DNA of 53,017 bases from Prochlorococcus sp. AG-679-P15 (lineage in GTDB: Bacteria; Cyanobacteriota; Cyanobacteriia; PCC-6307; Cyanobiaceae): contig QCUW01000001.1 in NCBI GenBank assembly GCA_003210695.1, positions 1 through 53,017 on the forward strand, given 5' to 3'. The number at the start of each line of letters is the position of its first letter. Positions within the stretch are counted from its first letter, which is position 1. Both the position numbers and the translations under genes were made by a program. The notes beneath the pieces are model-generated. The model ran no database searches. It was not told where the DNA came from and saw nothing but the letters and a program-made list of their open reading frames with translations. Positions 34,914-43,409 of this stretch are shown piece after piece.

Positions 34914-35477
34914 ATGGATTCAAGGAGAATTAGAAATCTTAGAAATAGTTTTGATAGAAATATTGTTGATAAACAAGTTGATAAAATTTTTGAAACTGGA
35001 AGACAATTCGTTGATGGAGTATCTGGGGCTAGGCCAGGTAAAAGAAGGAACTCAGATTTTCAAGGAATAACAAGTAAGAGTGTTAAAAAAGTAGGAAAAT
35101 GGGTGTCTGAAAAAGTGGATTTATTTTTTGATGAAGATAATGATGATTGGAATGATGAGAATTTTTACGATGATAACAGCGATATTAAGACATTTAGTAG
35201 AGAATCAAATTCTTATGAATATAATAAACCAAATTCAAAAAGACCTTTAGAAGCAATATCTTTAAGGCAACCAAAAAATTTACAGACAACTGAGCAAAAA
35301 AAATTACCTTATGGTAAAGAAAGTAAAGATGAAGATTGGCCTGATGAAACGGATTTCAAAGTTGAAAGATGGCAAAGAGCTTCAGAAAAAGACAATAATG
35401 TATCAAGAGACCAATTAAACCAACAGGGCCAATCAAAATTAAGAAATCTTCCTAGATCTAGAAGAAGAAGAATATAG
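34914..35477 (+). CDS. Hypothetical hydrophilic protein
   Basis: 187-aa ORF with an acidic centre and an Arg-rich C-terminus; no catalytic motif recognised. Confidence 0.7.
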   Translation: MDSRRIRNLRNSFDRNIVDKQVDKIFETGRQFVDGVSGARPGKRRNSDFQGITSKSVKKVGKWVSEKVDLFFDEDNDDWNDENFYDDNSDIKTFSRESNSYEYNKPNSKRPLEAISLRQPKNLQTTEQKKLPYGKESKDEDWPDETDFKVERWQRASEKDNNVSRDQLNQQGQSKLRNLPRSRRRRI

Positions 35478-36062
35478 ATTTGCAAATTCTTTGATTCCAG
35501 AAGAACCTAGTAAACTTTCTAAATGTGGATTAAAAACTTCCCTAATTATTGTTAGGGGCTTTTTGTCACGAAAAAATCTATAATTTCTTGACCAGAATGG
35601 ACCTTTAAAACAAAATTGATCTTCTAACCATTTTGAATTCACAAGTGAAATTCGATCAACTTCTCTAAACAATTCTGATCTATCTTGCGTCAAATTTTTC
35701 CAAATTGGTTCTTCTTTGGCTTTTAAATTTTCACTCACTTGTTCTGCATTCCACCAACTTTCAGCCCATGCTAAGTTTTTATTATTGTTTTTAATCCAAA
35801 CTTGTCTTCTAATTAAAGGGCCAATTAATTGATTCAATTCTTTAGGACCCTCTTGACTGAATAGAGGATCTAATTGCATTGAAATTAATTTAATTTTTGT
35901 TTCTTGATTAGTTAATAGTTGTAGATGTCTAGTTGGACTTCCATCCCCAAGCAGCATTAATTTCCATGGACCAGATATTTTTGGGAGTGAATTTTTCACT
36001 AAAAAAGTAGATGCTTTTTCTTCCCATAATATTTTTGGGGATTTAAAAAGATTATTATTCAG
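35439..36062 (-). CDS. Chorismate pyruvate-lyase (cyanobacterial UbiC / DUF98 / Ycf21 family)
   Basis: LLGDGSPTRHL, RRQVW, AESWW, PIW, PLTIIREVF. Frame is open upstream of the GTG at 35999 to a CTG at 36062. Confidence 0.85.
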   Translation of the reverse strand: MNNNLFKSPKILWEEKASTFLVKNSLPKISGPWKLMLLGDGSPTRHLQLLTNQETKIKLISMQLDPLFSQEGPKELNQLIGPLIRRQVWIKNNNKNLAWAESWWNAEQVSENLKAKEEPIWKNLTQDRSELFREVDRISLVNSKWLEDQFCFKGPFWSRNYRFFRDKKPLTIIREVFNPHLESLLGSSGIKEFANLYSSSSRSRKIS

Positions 36063-36080
36063 TGCTATGACAGATTGCTT

Positions 36081-38048
36081 TTATGATGATAACTTTTTTT
36101 CAGCAAAAATCTTTGCCTTTTCTTTTTTTATCTCTTTTATTTTTAGCCAAACAAGTAATGCAGTTAAATCAGCTTTGCTAACCCCAGGAATTTTTGAAGC
36201 ATCACCAAAATTTTTTGGCTTTATCTTATTCAAATTTTCTCTAGCTTCTAAAGATAATGTATCTATCTTTTCATAATTTATTTCTTGAGGAAGAGATTTA
36301 CAGCTTTGACGATTTATTTGTTCAATGTTGTTTTTTTGTCTTTTGAGGTAACCCTCGTATTTAATATCTATTTCAACACCTTCCTGTATTGCTAAACCTA
36401 GATTTTTTTCAGTCAAATTATATTTAATTAGATCTGAATAATGGAAGTTTGGTCTTTTTAAGAGTTCTTTCAAAGTTGTTGAGCCTTTTATCTTAGATCC
36501 TGTGTCTAATTCAATTTTTTTTGATATTTCATTAGTATTTTTTAGACGGGTGTTATTTAATCTTAATTTCTCTTTCTCGAGGAGTTTCATTTTTTCTTGA
36601 TAGGCCGACCATCTTTTTTCATCGATTAGCCCTATTTGATAACCTAATGGGGTTAATCTTCTATCTGCATTATCTCCTCTAAGAGTTAACCTATATTCAC
36701 TCCTACTAGTAAGAACTCTGTAGGGTTCTTTGAGATCTTTGGAAATTAAATCATTGATCATTGTTCCTATATAGCTGCTTTCTCTAGTGAAGATTATTGG
36801 ATCTTTTTTGTTTAGTTTTCTTGTCGCATTCACTCCTGCAACTAATCCTTGTGCTGCAGCTTCTTCATAACCAGTAGTTCCATTAATTTGTCCAGCACTA
36901 AATAAATATTCAATTTCTTTCGTTTCGAGTGATGTTTGGAGCTGCGTTGCAGGAATATATTCATACTCGACAGCATATGCTGGTCGCAACATTTTACATT
37001 CAGCTAATCCAGGTAAGGTTCTTAAAAGCTCTAATTGAATATTTTCTGGTAAACCTGTAGAGAATCCTTGAACATAAATTTCAGGGGTATTAATTCCTTC
37101 TGGTTCTAAGAAAATTTGATGTGATTCTTTATCAGCAAATTTAACGATTTTATCTTCAATAGAAGGACAATATCTTGGTCCCTTACTATCAATAAAACCT
37201 CCGTAAATGGGTGTTAAATGTAAGTTGTCTCGTATTAGTTGATGTGTTTTAGAAGTTGTTCTTGTGATATGACAACTAACTTGGGGCATATTATTTTTGA
37301 TATCTGGGTCAAACGAAAAATATTTATCAGATGCAGTACTAGGTTGAATATCTAATTCATCAAAAATGATACTTTTTTTGTCAACTCTTGCTGGAGTTCC
37401 TGTTTTTAAACGTTCTGTTTTGATACCAATTTCGTGTAAGTTTTGAGTAAGACCTTGTGCTGCTTGTTCGCCCGATCTACCAGCTGACATTGATTTATTT
37501 CCTATCCATATTTTGCCTTCTAAAAAAGTACCGGCTGTGATGATTACTGATTTCGCTGAATAATAACTGCCAAAGAATGTTTTTACACCCTTTATTGTTT
37601 TTTTTACGATTTTTTTTGAATTCAATCCAAATTCTTCAGTTTTTGCAATATCCAGTTCAGTAATCATTGCTTCTTTCAAAGATAGATTATCTGTATTTTG
37701 AAGTATTTCTATCATTCGCTTTGAATATTCTCTTTTGTCGGTTTGAGCCCTTAATGCCCAAACTGCAGGTCCCCTGCTTGCATTTAAAATTCTTTTTTGT
37801 ATTGCTGTTTCATCAGCTAATTGTCCAATAATTCCACCTAAAGCATCAACTTCATGGACTAATTGACTTTTTGCTGGTCCACCTACGGCAGGATTACATG
37901 GTTGCCAAGCAATCCTATCTAAATTTATTGTAAATAACGCAGTGGAAAATCCTAATTTTGCTGTAGCAATTGCAGCTTCACAACCTGCATGTCCGCCTCC
38001 GATAACAATAATATCAAAAGATTCATTAGTGGAATGTGGGACTTTCAT
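36081..38048 (-). CDS. mnmG: tRNA uridine-5-carboxymethylaminomethyl modification enzyme MnmG (GidA)
   Basis: [50 protein letters not shown]. Confidence 0.98.
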   Translation of the reverse strand: MKVPHSTNESFDIIVIGGGHAGCEAAIATAKLGFSTALFTINLDRIAWQPCNPAVGGPAKSQLVHEVDALGGIIGQLADETAIQKRILNASRGPAVWALRAQTDKREYSKRMIEILQNTDNLSLKEAMITELDIAKTEEFGLNSKKIVKKTIKGVKTFFGSYYSAKSVIITAGTFLEGKIWIGNKSMSAGRSGEQAAQGLTQNLHEIGIKTERLKTGTPARVDKKSIIFDELDIQPSTASDKYFSFDPDIKNNMPQVSCHITRTTSKTHQLIRDNLHLTPIYGGFIDSKGPRYCPSIEDKIVKFADKESHQIFLEPEGINTPEIYVQGFSTGLPENIQLELLRTLPGLAECKMLRPAYAVEYEYIPATQLQTSLETKEIEYLFSAGQINGTTGYEEAAAQGLVAGVNATRKLNKKDPIIFTRESSYIGTMINDLISKDLKEPYRVLTSRSEYRLTLRGDNADRRLTPLGYQIGLIDEKRWSAYQEKMKLLEKEKLRLNNTRLKNTNEISKKIELDTGSKIKGSTTLKELLKRPNFHYSDLIKYNLTEKNLGLAIQEGVEIDIKYEGYLKRQKNNIEQINRQSCKSLPQEINYEKIDTLSLEARENLNKIKPKNFGDASKIPGVSKADLTALLVWLKIKEIKKEKAKIFAEKKLSS

Positions 38049-38056
38049 TTAAGTGA

Positions 38057-39412
38057 TTAATTAGCTATATTTCTAAATCTTGTATATTGTGGTTCAAATA
38101 ATAATTTAACAGTATTTGTGGGACCATTTCTATTTTTGGTGATAATAATTTCTGCTATGCCTTTATCATCTGTTTCTGGATTGTAATATTCATCTCTATA
38201 AATCATACATACTAAGTCAGCATCCTGTTCTATAGAACCTGACTCTCTAAGATCACTCAAAAGTGGACGTTTATTGTTTCTTGATTCAACTCCTCTACTT
38301 AATTGGGATAAAGCAATTACTGGCACATTTAATTCTCTTGCCATACCTTTTAGACCTCTAGTAATTCTTGATAGTTCTTGTACTCTGTTATCGGGTGTTG
38401 TACCTTCCATTAATTGTAAGTAGTCAATTACTATTAAGCCAAGTTCTTTCTTTTGTTCGGCAATCAATCTTCTGCAAAGCGCTCTCATTTCAAGCACACT
38501 TAAATTTGGTTTATCGTCGATAAATATAGGCGTCTGACTTAAACTATCAATCCCTTCTCCCAGTAATGGCCATTGCTCTGGAGTTAGTCTTCCTGTTTTT
38601 AACCGGCCACTTTCAATTCCTACTTCTAAAGATAATAATCTATATGTAAGTTGTTCTTTACTCATTTCAAGGCTGAAGACACAGACAGGTAAGTCTTGAG
38701 ATTTGGCAACGTTTCTCGCCATATTTAATACCATTGAGGTTTTCCCCATAGAAGGTCTACCTGCAACAATTATTAAATCACTTCTTTGAAATCCTTGCGT
38801 CAATGCATCTAAATCATAGAAAAGAGTTTTTATTCCCAACTCTTCCTTCCCAAGAGATCTTGCTTCTATCTCATTAAAAGTGGTTGTAAGTATCTCTGAC
38901 GCTTGAATTAAACCTTTTGTTGGTTTTTCTTGACTAATTTCAAAAATTTTTTGCTCTGCTTTATCTAATACTTCATTGGTCTTTTGAGTTTGATCAAAGC
39001 CTAATTGAATAACTTCATTCCCAGATTTTATTAGTTGTCTTCTTATAAATTTATCGCTAATTAAATTTGCAACTTGTTCTATTGAAGCTGTTGAAGAAAC
39101 ATTTTCTACTAATTCAACTAATTTAGTATTGCCTCCAATCTTTTCGAGTGCTCCATTGTCAGCAAGCCATGCACTCATTGAAGTTAGATCTGTAGGTTTT
39201 CCTTGCGTATGCAGCATTAATGCTGTTTTATAAATCTCTTGATGAGCATTAATATAAAAGGCTTCTGGCTTAATCAAATCTGCAATTCTTCCTATTGCAT
39301 CTGTGTCAAGTAGTATTCCACCTAGAACAAACTCCTCTGCTTGAATATTTTGTGGAGGTACTAAACCAGCATTTTCATTGGATCCATTATTAGGAAAAGG
39401 AATTGCTACCAT
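38057..39412 (-). CDS. dnaB: Replicative DNA helicase, intein-free
   Basis: PPQNIQAE, Walker A GRPSMGKT, FSLEMS, IDYLQLM, SDLRESGSIEQDAD. Confidence 0.98.
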   Translation of the reverse strand: MVAIPFPNNGSNENAGLVPPQNIQAEEFVLGGILLDTDAIGRIADLIKPEAFYINAHQEIYKTALMLHTQGKPTDLTSMSAWLADNGALEKIGGNTKLVELVENVSSTASIEQVANLISDKFIRRQLIKSGNEVIQLGFDQTQKTNEVLDKAEQKIFEISQEKPTKGLIQASEILTTTFNEIEARSLGKEELGIKTLFYDLDALTQGFQRSDLIIVAGRPSMGKTSMVLNMARNVAKSQDLPVCVFSLEMSKEQLTYRLLSLEVGIESGRLKTGRLTPEQWPLLGEGIDSLSQTPIFIDDKPNLSVLEMRALCRRLIAEQKKELGLIVIDYLQLMEGTTPDNRVQELSRITRGLKGMARELNVPVIALSQLSRGVESRNNKRPLLSDLRESGSIEQDADLVCMIYRDEYYNPETDDKGIAEIIITKNRNGPTNTVKLLFEPQYTRFRNIAN

Positions 39413-39470
39413 ATCTTTAAATACTTAGATATATACTCTGGCTTCTTTTAGAAATAATGCAACAAAGTTA

Positions 39471-39926
39471 TTAACTTGTTACTTCAATGTTTACTTCCGC
39501 ACTAACTTCTTGATGTAATTTTATTTTTGCAATAAAAGAGCCTAAATTATGAATATCCGGGACAGTTATGTCTCTTCTATCAATATCTTTTTTAGTAGAT
39601 GCTTTTATAGCTTCAGCAACATCTCCATTAGTAACAGTGCCAAAAAGTACTCCATCTTCTCCAACTTGTTTCTTGATTGTAAATCTACCAATAGTTGCTA
39701 ATGCGGTTTTAAATTCAATAGCTTCTTGTTTGACTTTTTCGGCAGCAATTTTTTCTTTTGCTCTTTTACGTTCAATTTGTTTCAGAATTGAAGGAGTGAC
39801 ATTAGCTGCTTTACCAAATGGTAATAAGAAATTTCTTGCATAACCAGGTGCTACTTCCACTACATCACCATCTCTGCCAAGTGTTGCAATTGATTCTGTT
39901 AAAACGACTTTTACTCTTTTTGCCAT
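39471..39926 (-). CDS. rplI: 50S ribosomal protein L9
   Basis: [18 protein letters not shown]; upstream of dnaB. Confidence 0.98.
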   Translation of the reverse strand: MAKRVKVVLTESIATLGRDGDVVEVAPGYARNFLLPFGKAANVTPSILKQIERKRAKEKIAAEKVKQEAIEFKTALATIGRFTIKKQVGEDGVLFGTVTNGDVAEAIKASTKKDIDRRDITVPDIHNLGSFIAKIKLHQEVSAEVNIEVTS

Positions 39927-39946
39927 GAAAATATGTATTTATATAT

Positions 39947-40885
39947 CTAATAATAAGACCTAGAGGGTAATTTTACTCTTTTTGCAAATCCTAATTTTGC
40001 AAGAATCTTTATATGTTCCCAAGTTAAATCAATTTGACCTCTAAATAAGCCTTGTCTAGCAGAATTAGGAAATGCATGATGATTATTATGCCAACCTTCT
40101 CCGAATGTTAAAGCTGCAACCCAAGCGTTATTTTTTGATGAATCACCACTCTCAAAAGGAGCTTTGCCCCAACAATGTGTCGCTGAGTTGACTAACCAAG
40201 TAATATGGTAAACGACTACAAGCCTTAAAGGTATTCCCCATAACACTAGAGACCATCCTCCAACTCCCAATTTTTCACCTATTGCATAAAGACATAAACC
40301 AATAGGAAATTGCAAAATTAGAAAATATTTATTAAGAAATCTGTAGTATGGATCTTTAATTAAATCTGCACTAAGTTTAGGTACTGCTTTTAACGCCTCA
40401 ACATCTTTAAACATCCAACCCATATGGCTCCACCAAAATCCTTTTTTACTATTATGGTGATCAACATCTGTATCTGAAAAAGAGTGATGATGCCTATGTA
40501 AGCCAACCCAATCAATTGGCCCATGTTGACAACTAATAGCTCCACAAGTAGCAAAAAATCTTTCTAGCCATCTTGGAACTACAAATGATCTATGTGAAAG
40601 CAATCTGTGATAACCAAGCGTAACCCCTAAACAAGCTGTCAACCAGTAGAAAAATAATAATGATATGACTGCGGGGAGACTCCAGAATTGTGGTTGTAGG
40701 GCGATAAGAGAAAGCAGATGTATAGCAATCATAAAAACAATCGTGCCCCATGTTTTGTGTAATCTTGGAGGATATCTTTTAGAGTGACTTGATGGTTCAA
40801 GTAATTTTTCTGAAAGTTCTATAACTTTTTCTGCAGGGACAGGTTTTTTTAATTTCGCTGTTTCTTGGAAGACAACTGATCTCAT
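39947..40885 (-). CDS. desC: Acyl-lipid delta-9 fatty acid desaturase
   Basis: His boxes HRLLSH, HRHHH, HNNHH; GFWWSH. ATG at 40885 preferred. Confidence 0.9.
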   Translation of the reverse strand: MRSVVFQETAKLKKPVPAEKVIELSEKLLEPSSHSKRYPPRLHKTWGTIVFMIAIHLLSLIALQPQFWSLPAVISLLFFYWLTACLGVTLGYHRLLSHRSFVVPRWLERFFATCGAISCQHGPIDWVGLHRHHHSFSDTDVDHHNSKKGFWWSHMGWMFKDVEALKAVPKLSADLIKDPYYRFLNKYFLILQFPIGLCLYAIGEKLGVGGWSLVLWGIPLRLVVVYHITWLVNSATHCWGKAPFESGDSSKNNAWVAALTFGEGWHNNHHAFPNSARQGLFRGQIDLTWEHIKILAKLGFAKRVKLPSRSYY

Positions 40886-40962
40886 AATATTTGGGGAAAC
40901 TATTTTCAAAAAGACCGATATGTAATAATATCATACTATATTATTGATTATTTTAATTATCC

Positions 40963-41661
40963 GTGAGCTTAGGATATCGCGATAAATTATTGAGAGGTCG
41001 AAGAGCAATGGCGCACTTGATTCATCTTTGGCATGAGAGAAATGGCTGGTCTCACAGGGTTTTACCTTTGCTATCTGAAATTCTTGATTTAGGAAGAGTA
41101 CATAATTCTCAAATTTCAAACCTTAGGAATGGTAAATTATCTTCACCTGGTCCTGAAGTTTTTCTTGCATTAGCACAAGTTAATACGATTCTTGATCAAG
41201 GTATAGAAAAAATCAGGGATCGTTTAGAAAGTGATTACCCAGAGTTATGGCAATCTTTGCAAGAGTCTGCCTTACCCTTGAAAAATGATTCTGGTAATCC
41301 ATTGTCTGCTGGGGAGTTATTTGAGATATTTTCAGGATTACAATCTCTCCCTTCATCTTTTGACTGGTATATAGAAGATGAAGAAGCTTCTGCTTTGAGT
41401 GATGCCCTTTCAGTGCATTTTTGCCAGAATAAAGCTTGGAGATCATGTAAAATACATGTAATGGAAGCTTATGCTGTCAATAAATCTACCCGTAGAGAAC
41501 GTTTTGCTGAGGTAATAGCAGGAATTAGAGACTATACGGCAGAAGAATTAGATGGAGAACTACTTGATTTATATGAGGCTTCAAAAAAGCTCTCTTATTT
41601 TCAGGGTAGAGGACCTAATGCTTTCCTCGTAGAATTAAGAAATTTAGCTTCTGAAAAATAA
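40963..41661 (+). CDS. Hypothetical protein with possible N-terminal XRE-like HTH
   Basis: GWSH..L..L...VHNSQISNLRNGK..SP pattern; divergent from the desaturase. Confidence 0.7.
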   Translation: MSLGYRDKLLRGRRAMAHLIHLWHERNGWSHRVLPLLSEILDLGRVHNSQISNLRNGKLSSPGPEVFLALAQVNTILDQGIEKIRDRLESDYPELWQSLQESALPLKNDSGNPLSAGELFEIFSGLQSLPSSFDWYIEDEEASALSDALSVHFCQNKAWRSCKIHVMEAYAVNKSTRRERFAEVIAGIRDYTAEELDGELLDLYEASKKLSYFQGRGPNAFLVELRNLASEK

Positions 41662-41679
41662 CATGAGTTTTTATAATTA

Positions 41680-42972
41680 ATGAAACTAAACAATAACCTA
41701 AGACTGGCTGAAAACGCTGTTCTTTCTGTAGAAGAGAGTTTAAGTAAAGTTTTTCAAGAAAGATCCAATCAGGTTTTCCAGAAATTAGAAAATATTTTGA
41801 CAATTTTTAAGGAAGAAAAAGTTTCTACTAGTCATTTCAATCAATCGTCTGGTAGTGGTCATGGTGATATATCTAGAGAAAAAATTGATGCGGTTTTTGC
41901 AAGATTGTTTCTTGCTGAAAAGGCAGCTGTGAGGATGCAATTTGTAAGTGGAACTCATGCAATAAGTTGTGTCTTATTTGGAATTCTTAGGCCTGGAGAT
42001 ATGATGTTATCTCTTACAGGACAACCATATGACACGTTAGAAGAAGTGATAGGAATAAGGGGAGGAGGTAAAGGCTCACTTAAAGATTTTGAGATTGAAT
42101 ACAAGCAAATAAATATCTGCGAGAATTTTGATTCTTTTGAAGAAAAAATTGTTCATTCTTTTCAAGAAAAAACATGCAAATTAGTTTTTATACAAAAAAG
42201 TTGTGGATATAGTTGGAGAAAATCTCTTACGAATCATGAAATAGAGAAAATTTGTAGTTTGATACACTCTCTTGATCCTAACTGCATATGTTTTGTTGAT
42301 AATTGTTATGGGGAGCTTGTTGAAGATAGTGAACCAATTTCTAAAGGGGCAAATATAATTGCTGGATCATTGATTAAAAATTTGGGAGGGACAATAGTTC
42401 CTACTGGTGGGTATGTTGCAGGAGATGCAGAGTTGGTTGAGATGGCATGTTCTAGATTAACCTCACCAGGTATTGGTTCATCTGCAGGAATAAATTTTGG
42501 ACTAGGAAGATTAATTTTGCAGGGTTTGTTTTTAGCACCACAAATTGTTCACGAATCACTAAAAGGTGCTGATATGGTTGCAGCAGTTTTTAAAAATTTG
42601 GGATTTAAGGTTTTGCCAGAGCCAGCAACTTATAGATCTGATCTTATTCAGTCAGTAAGATTGAATAATCCTGATTTGGTACAAAAAGTTTGTCAATCTT
42701 TTCAAAATTCTTCACCAGTAGATTCTTTTCTTAATGTTGTTCCATCATCAATGGATGGATATGATTCAAAATTATTAATGGCAGGAGGTACATTTATTGA
42801 AGGTAGTACAAGTGAATTTTCCGCTGATGCTCCTCTAAGAGATCCATACAATATTTTTGTTCAAGGTGGTTCTCACATAGCTCACATCAAAATTGCACTA
42901 ATTCAATTATTATCTGAACTATTAGAGGAAAAATTAATTTCAAAGGATTCTCTACTTTCTTTATCAACTTAA
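41680..42972 (+). CDS. Methionine gamma-lyase family PLP enzyme (aluminium-resistance / YnbB type)
   Basis: FVSGTHAI, PYDTLEEVIG, VDNCYGE, GSLIKNLGG, MAGGTFIEGS. Confidence 0.9.
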   Translation: MKLNNNLRLAENAVLSVEESLSKVFQERSNQVFQKLENILTIFKEEKVSTSHFNQSSGSGHGDISREKIDAVFARLFLAEKAAVRMQFVSGTHAISCVLFGILRPGDMMLSLTGQPYDTLEEVIGIRGGGKGSLKDFEIEYKQINICENFDSFEEKIVHSFQEKTCKLVFIQKSCGYSWRKSLTNHEIEKICSLIHSLDPNCICFVDNCYGELVEDSEPISKGANIIAGSLIKNLGGTIVPTGGYVAGDAELVEMACSRLTSPGIGSSAGINFGLGRLILQGLFLAPQIVHESLKGADMVAAVFKNLGFKVLPEPATYRSDLIQSVRLNNPDLVQKVCQSFQNSSPVDSFLNVVPSSMDGYDSKLLMAGGTFIEGSTSEFSADAPLRDPYNIFVQGGSHIAHIKIALIQLLSELLEEKLISKDSLLSLST

Positions 42973-42974
42973 TC

Positions 42975-43364
42975 ATGTCTTACCAGTTTCCAGACAATCT
43001 TAACTATGCTGATACTCATGAGTATGTCTTGGAGGAAAATGGATTTTTAAAAATTGGAGTTAGTGAATTTGCTATAGATCAATTAGGAGATATTGTTTTT
43101 GTTGAGTTAGCTGATAAAGGGAAGACTTTAGAGAAAGGTGAGACTTTTGGAACAATAGAATCTGTTAAGGCCGTTGAGGAAGTCTACCTGCCTTTTTCAG
43201 GGGAAATAGTATCTGTAAATGAAAGTGTTATTGATAACCCTGAGCTTTTACAGAATGATCCTACTGGAGAAGGTTGGTTAGTCATTTTGAAACCAGAATC
43301 AGAAGTATCAATTGCTGATTTGATGACTTCTGAGCAATATAAATCAAAGGTTGTACCAAAATAA
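42975..43364 (+). CDS. gcvH: Glycine cleavage system H protein
   Basis: QLGDIVFVEL, lipoyl-Lys motif IESVKA, GEGW. Confidence 0.97.
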   Translation: MSYQFPDNLNYADTHEYVLEENGFLKIGVSEFAIDQLGDIVFVELADKGKTLEKGETFGTIESVKAVEEVYLPFSGEIVSVNESVIDNPELLQNDPTGEGWLVILKPESEVSIADLMTSEQYKSKVVPK

Positions 43365-43409
43365 GGCAAACTTTCTAAAAAGAGCTATTTTAAAGAAAAA
43401 TATTTAAAT

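Noticed and set aside
40922-40936. NtcA box (GTA...TAC) between desC and the HTH-like gene
   Set aside because: Spacer is 9 nt rather than the required 8.
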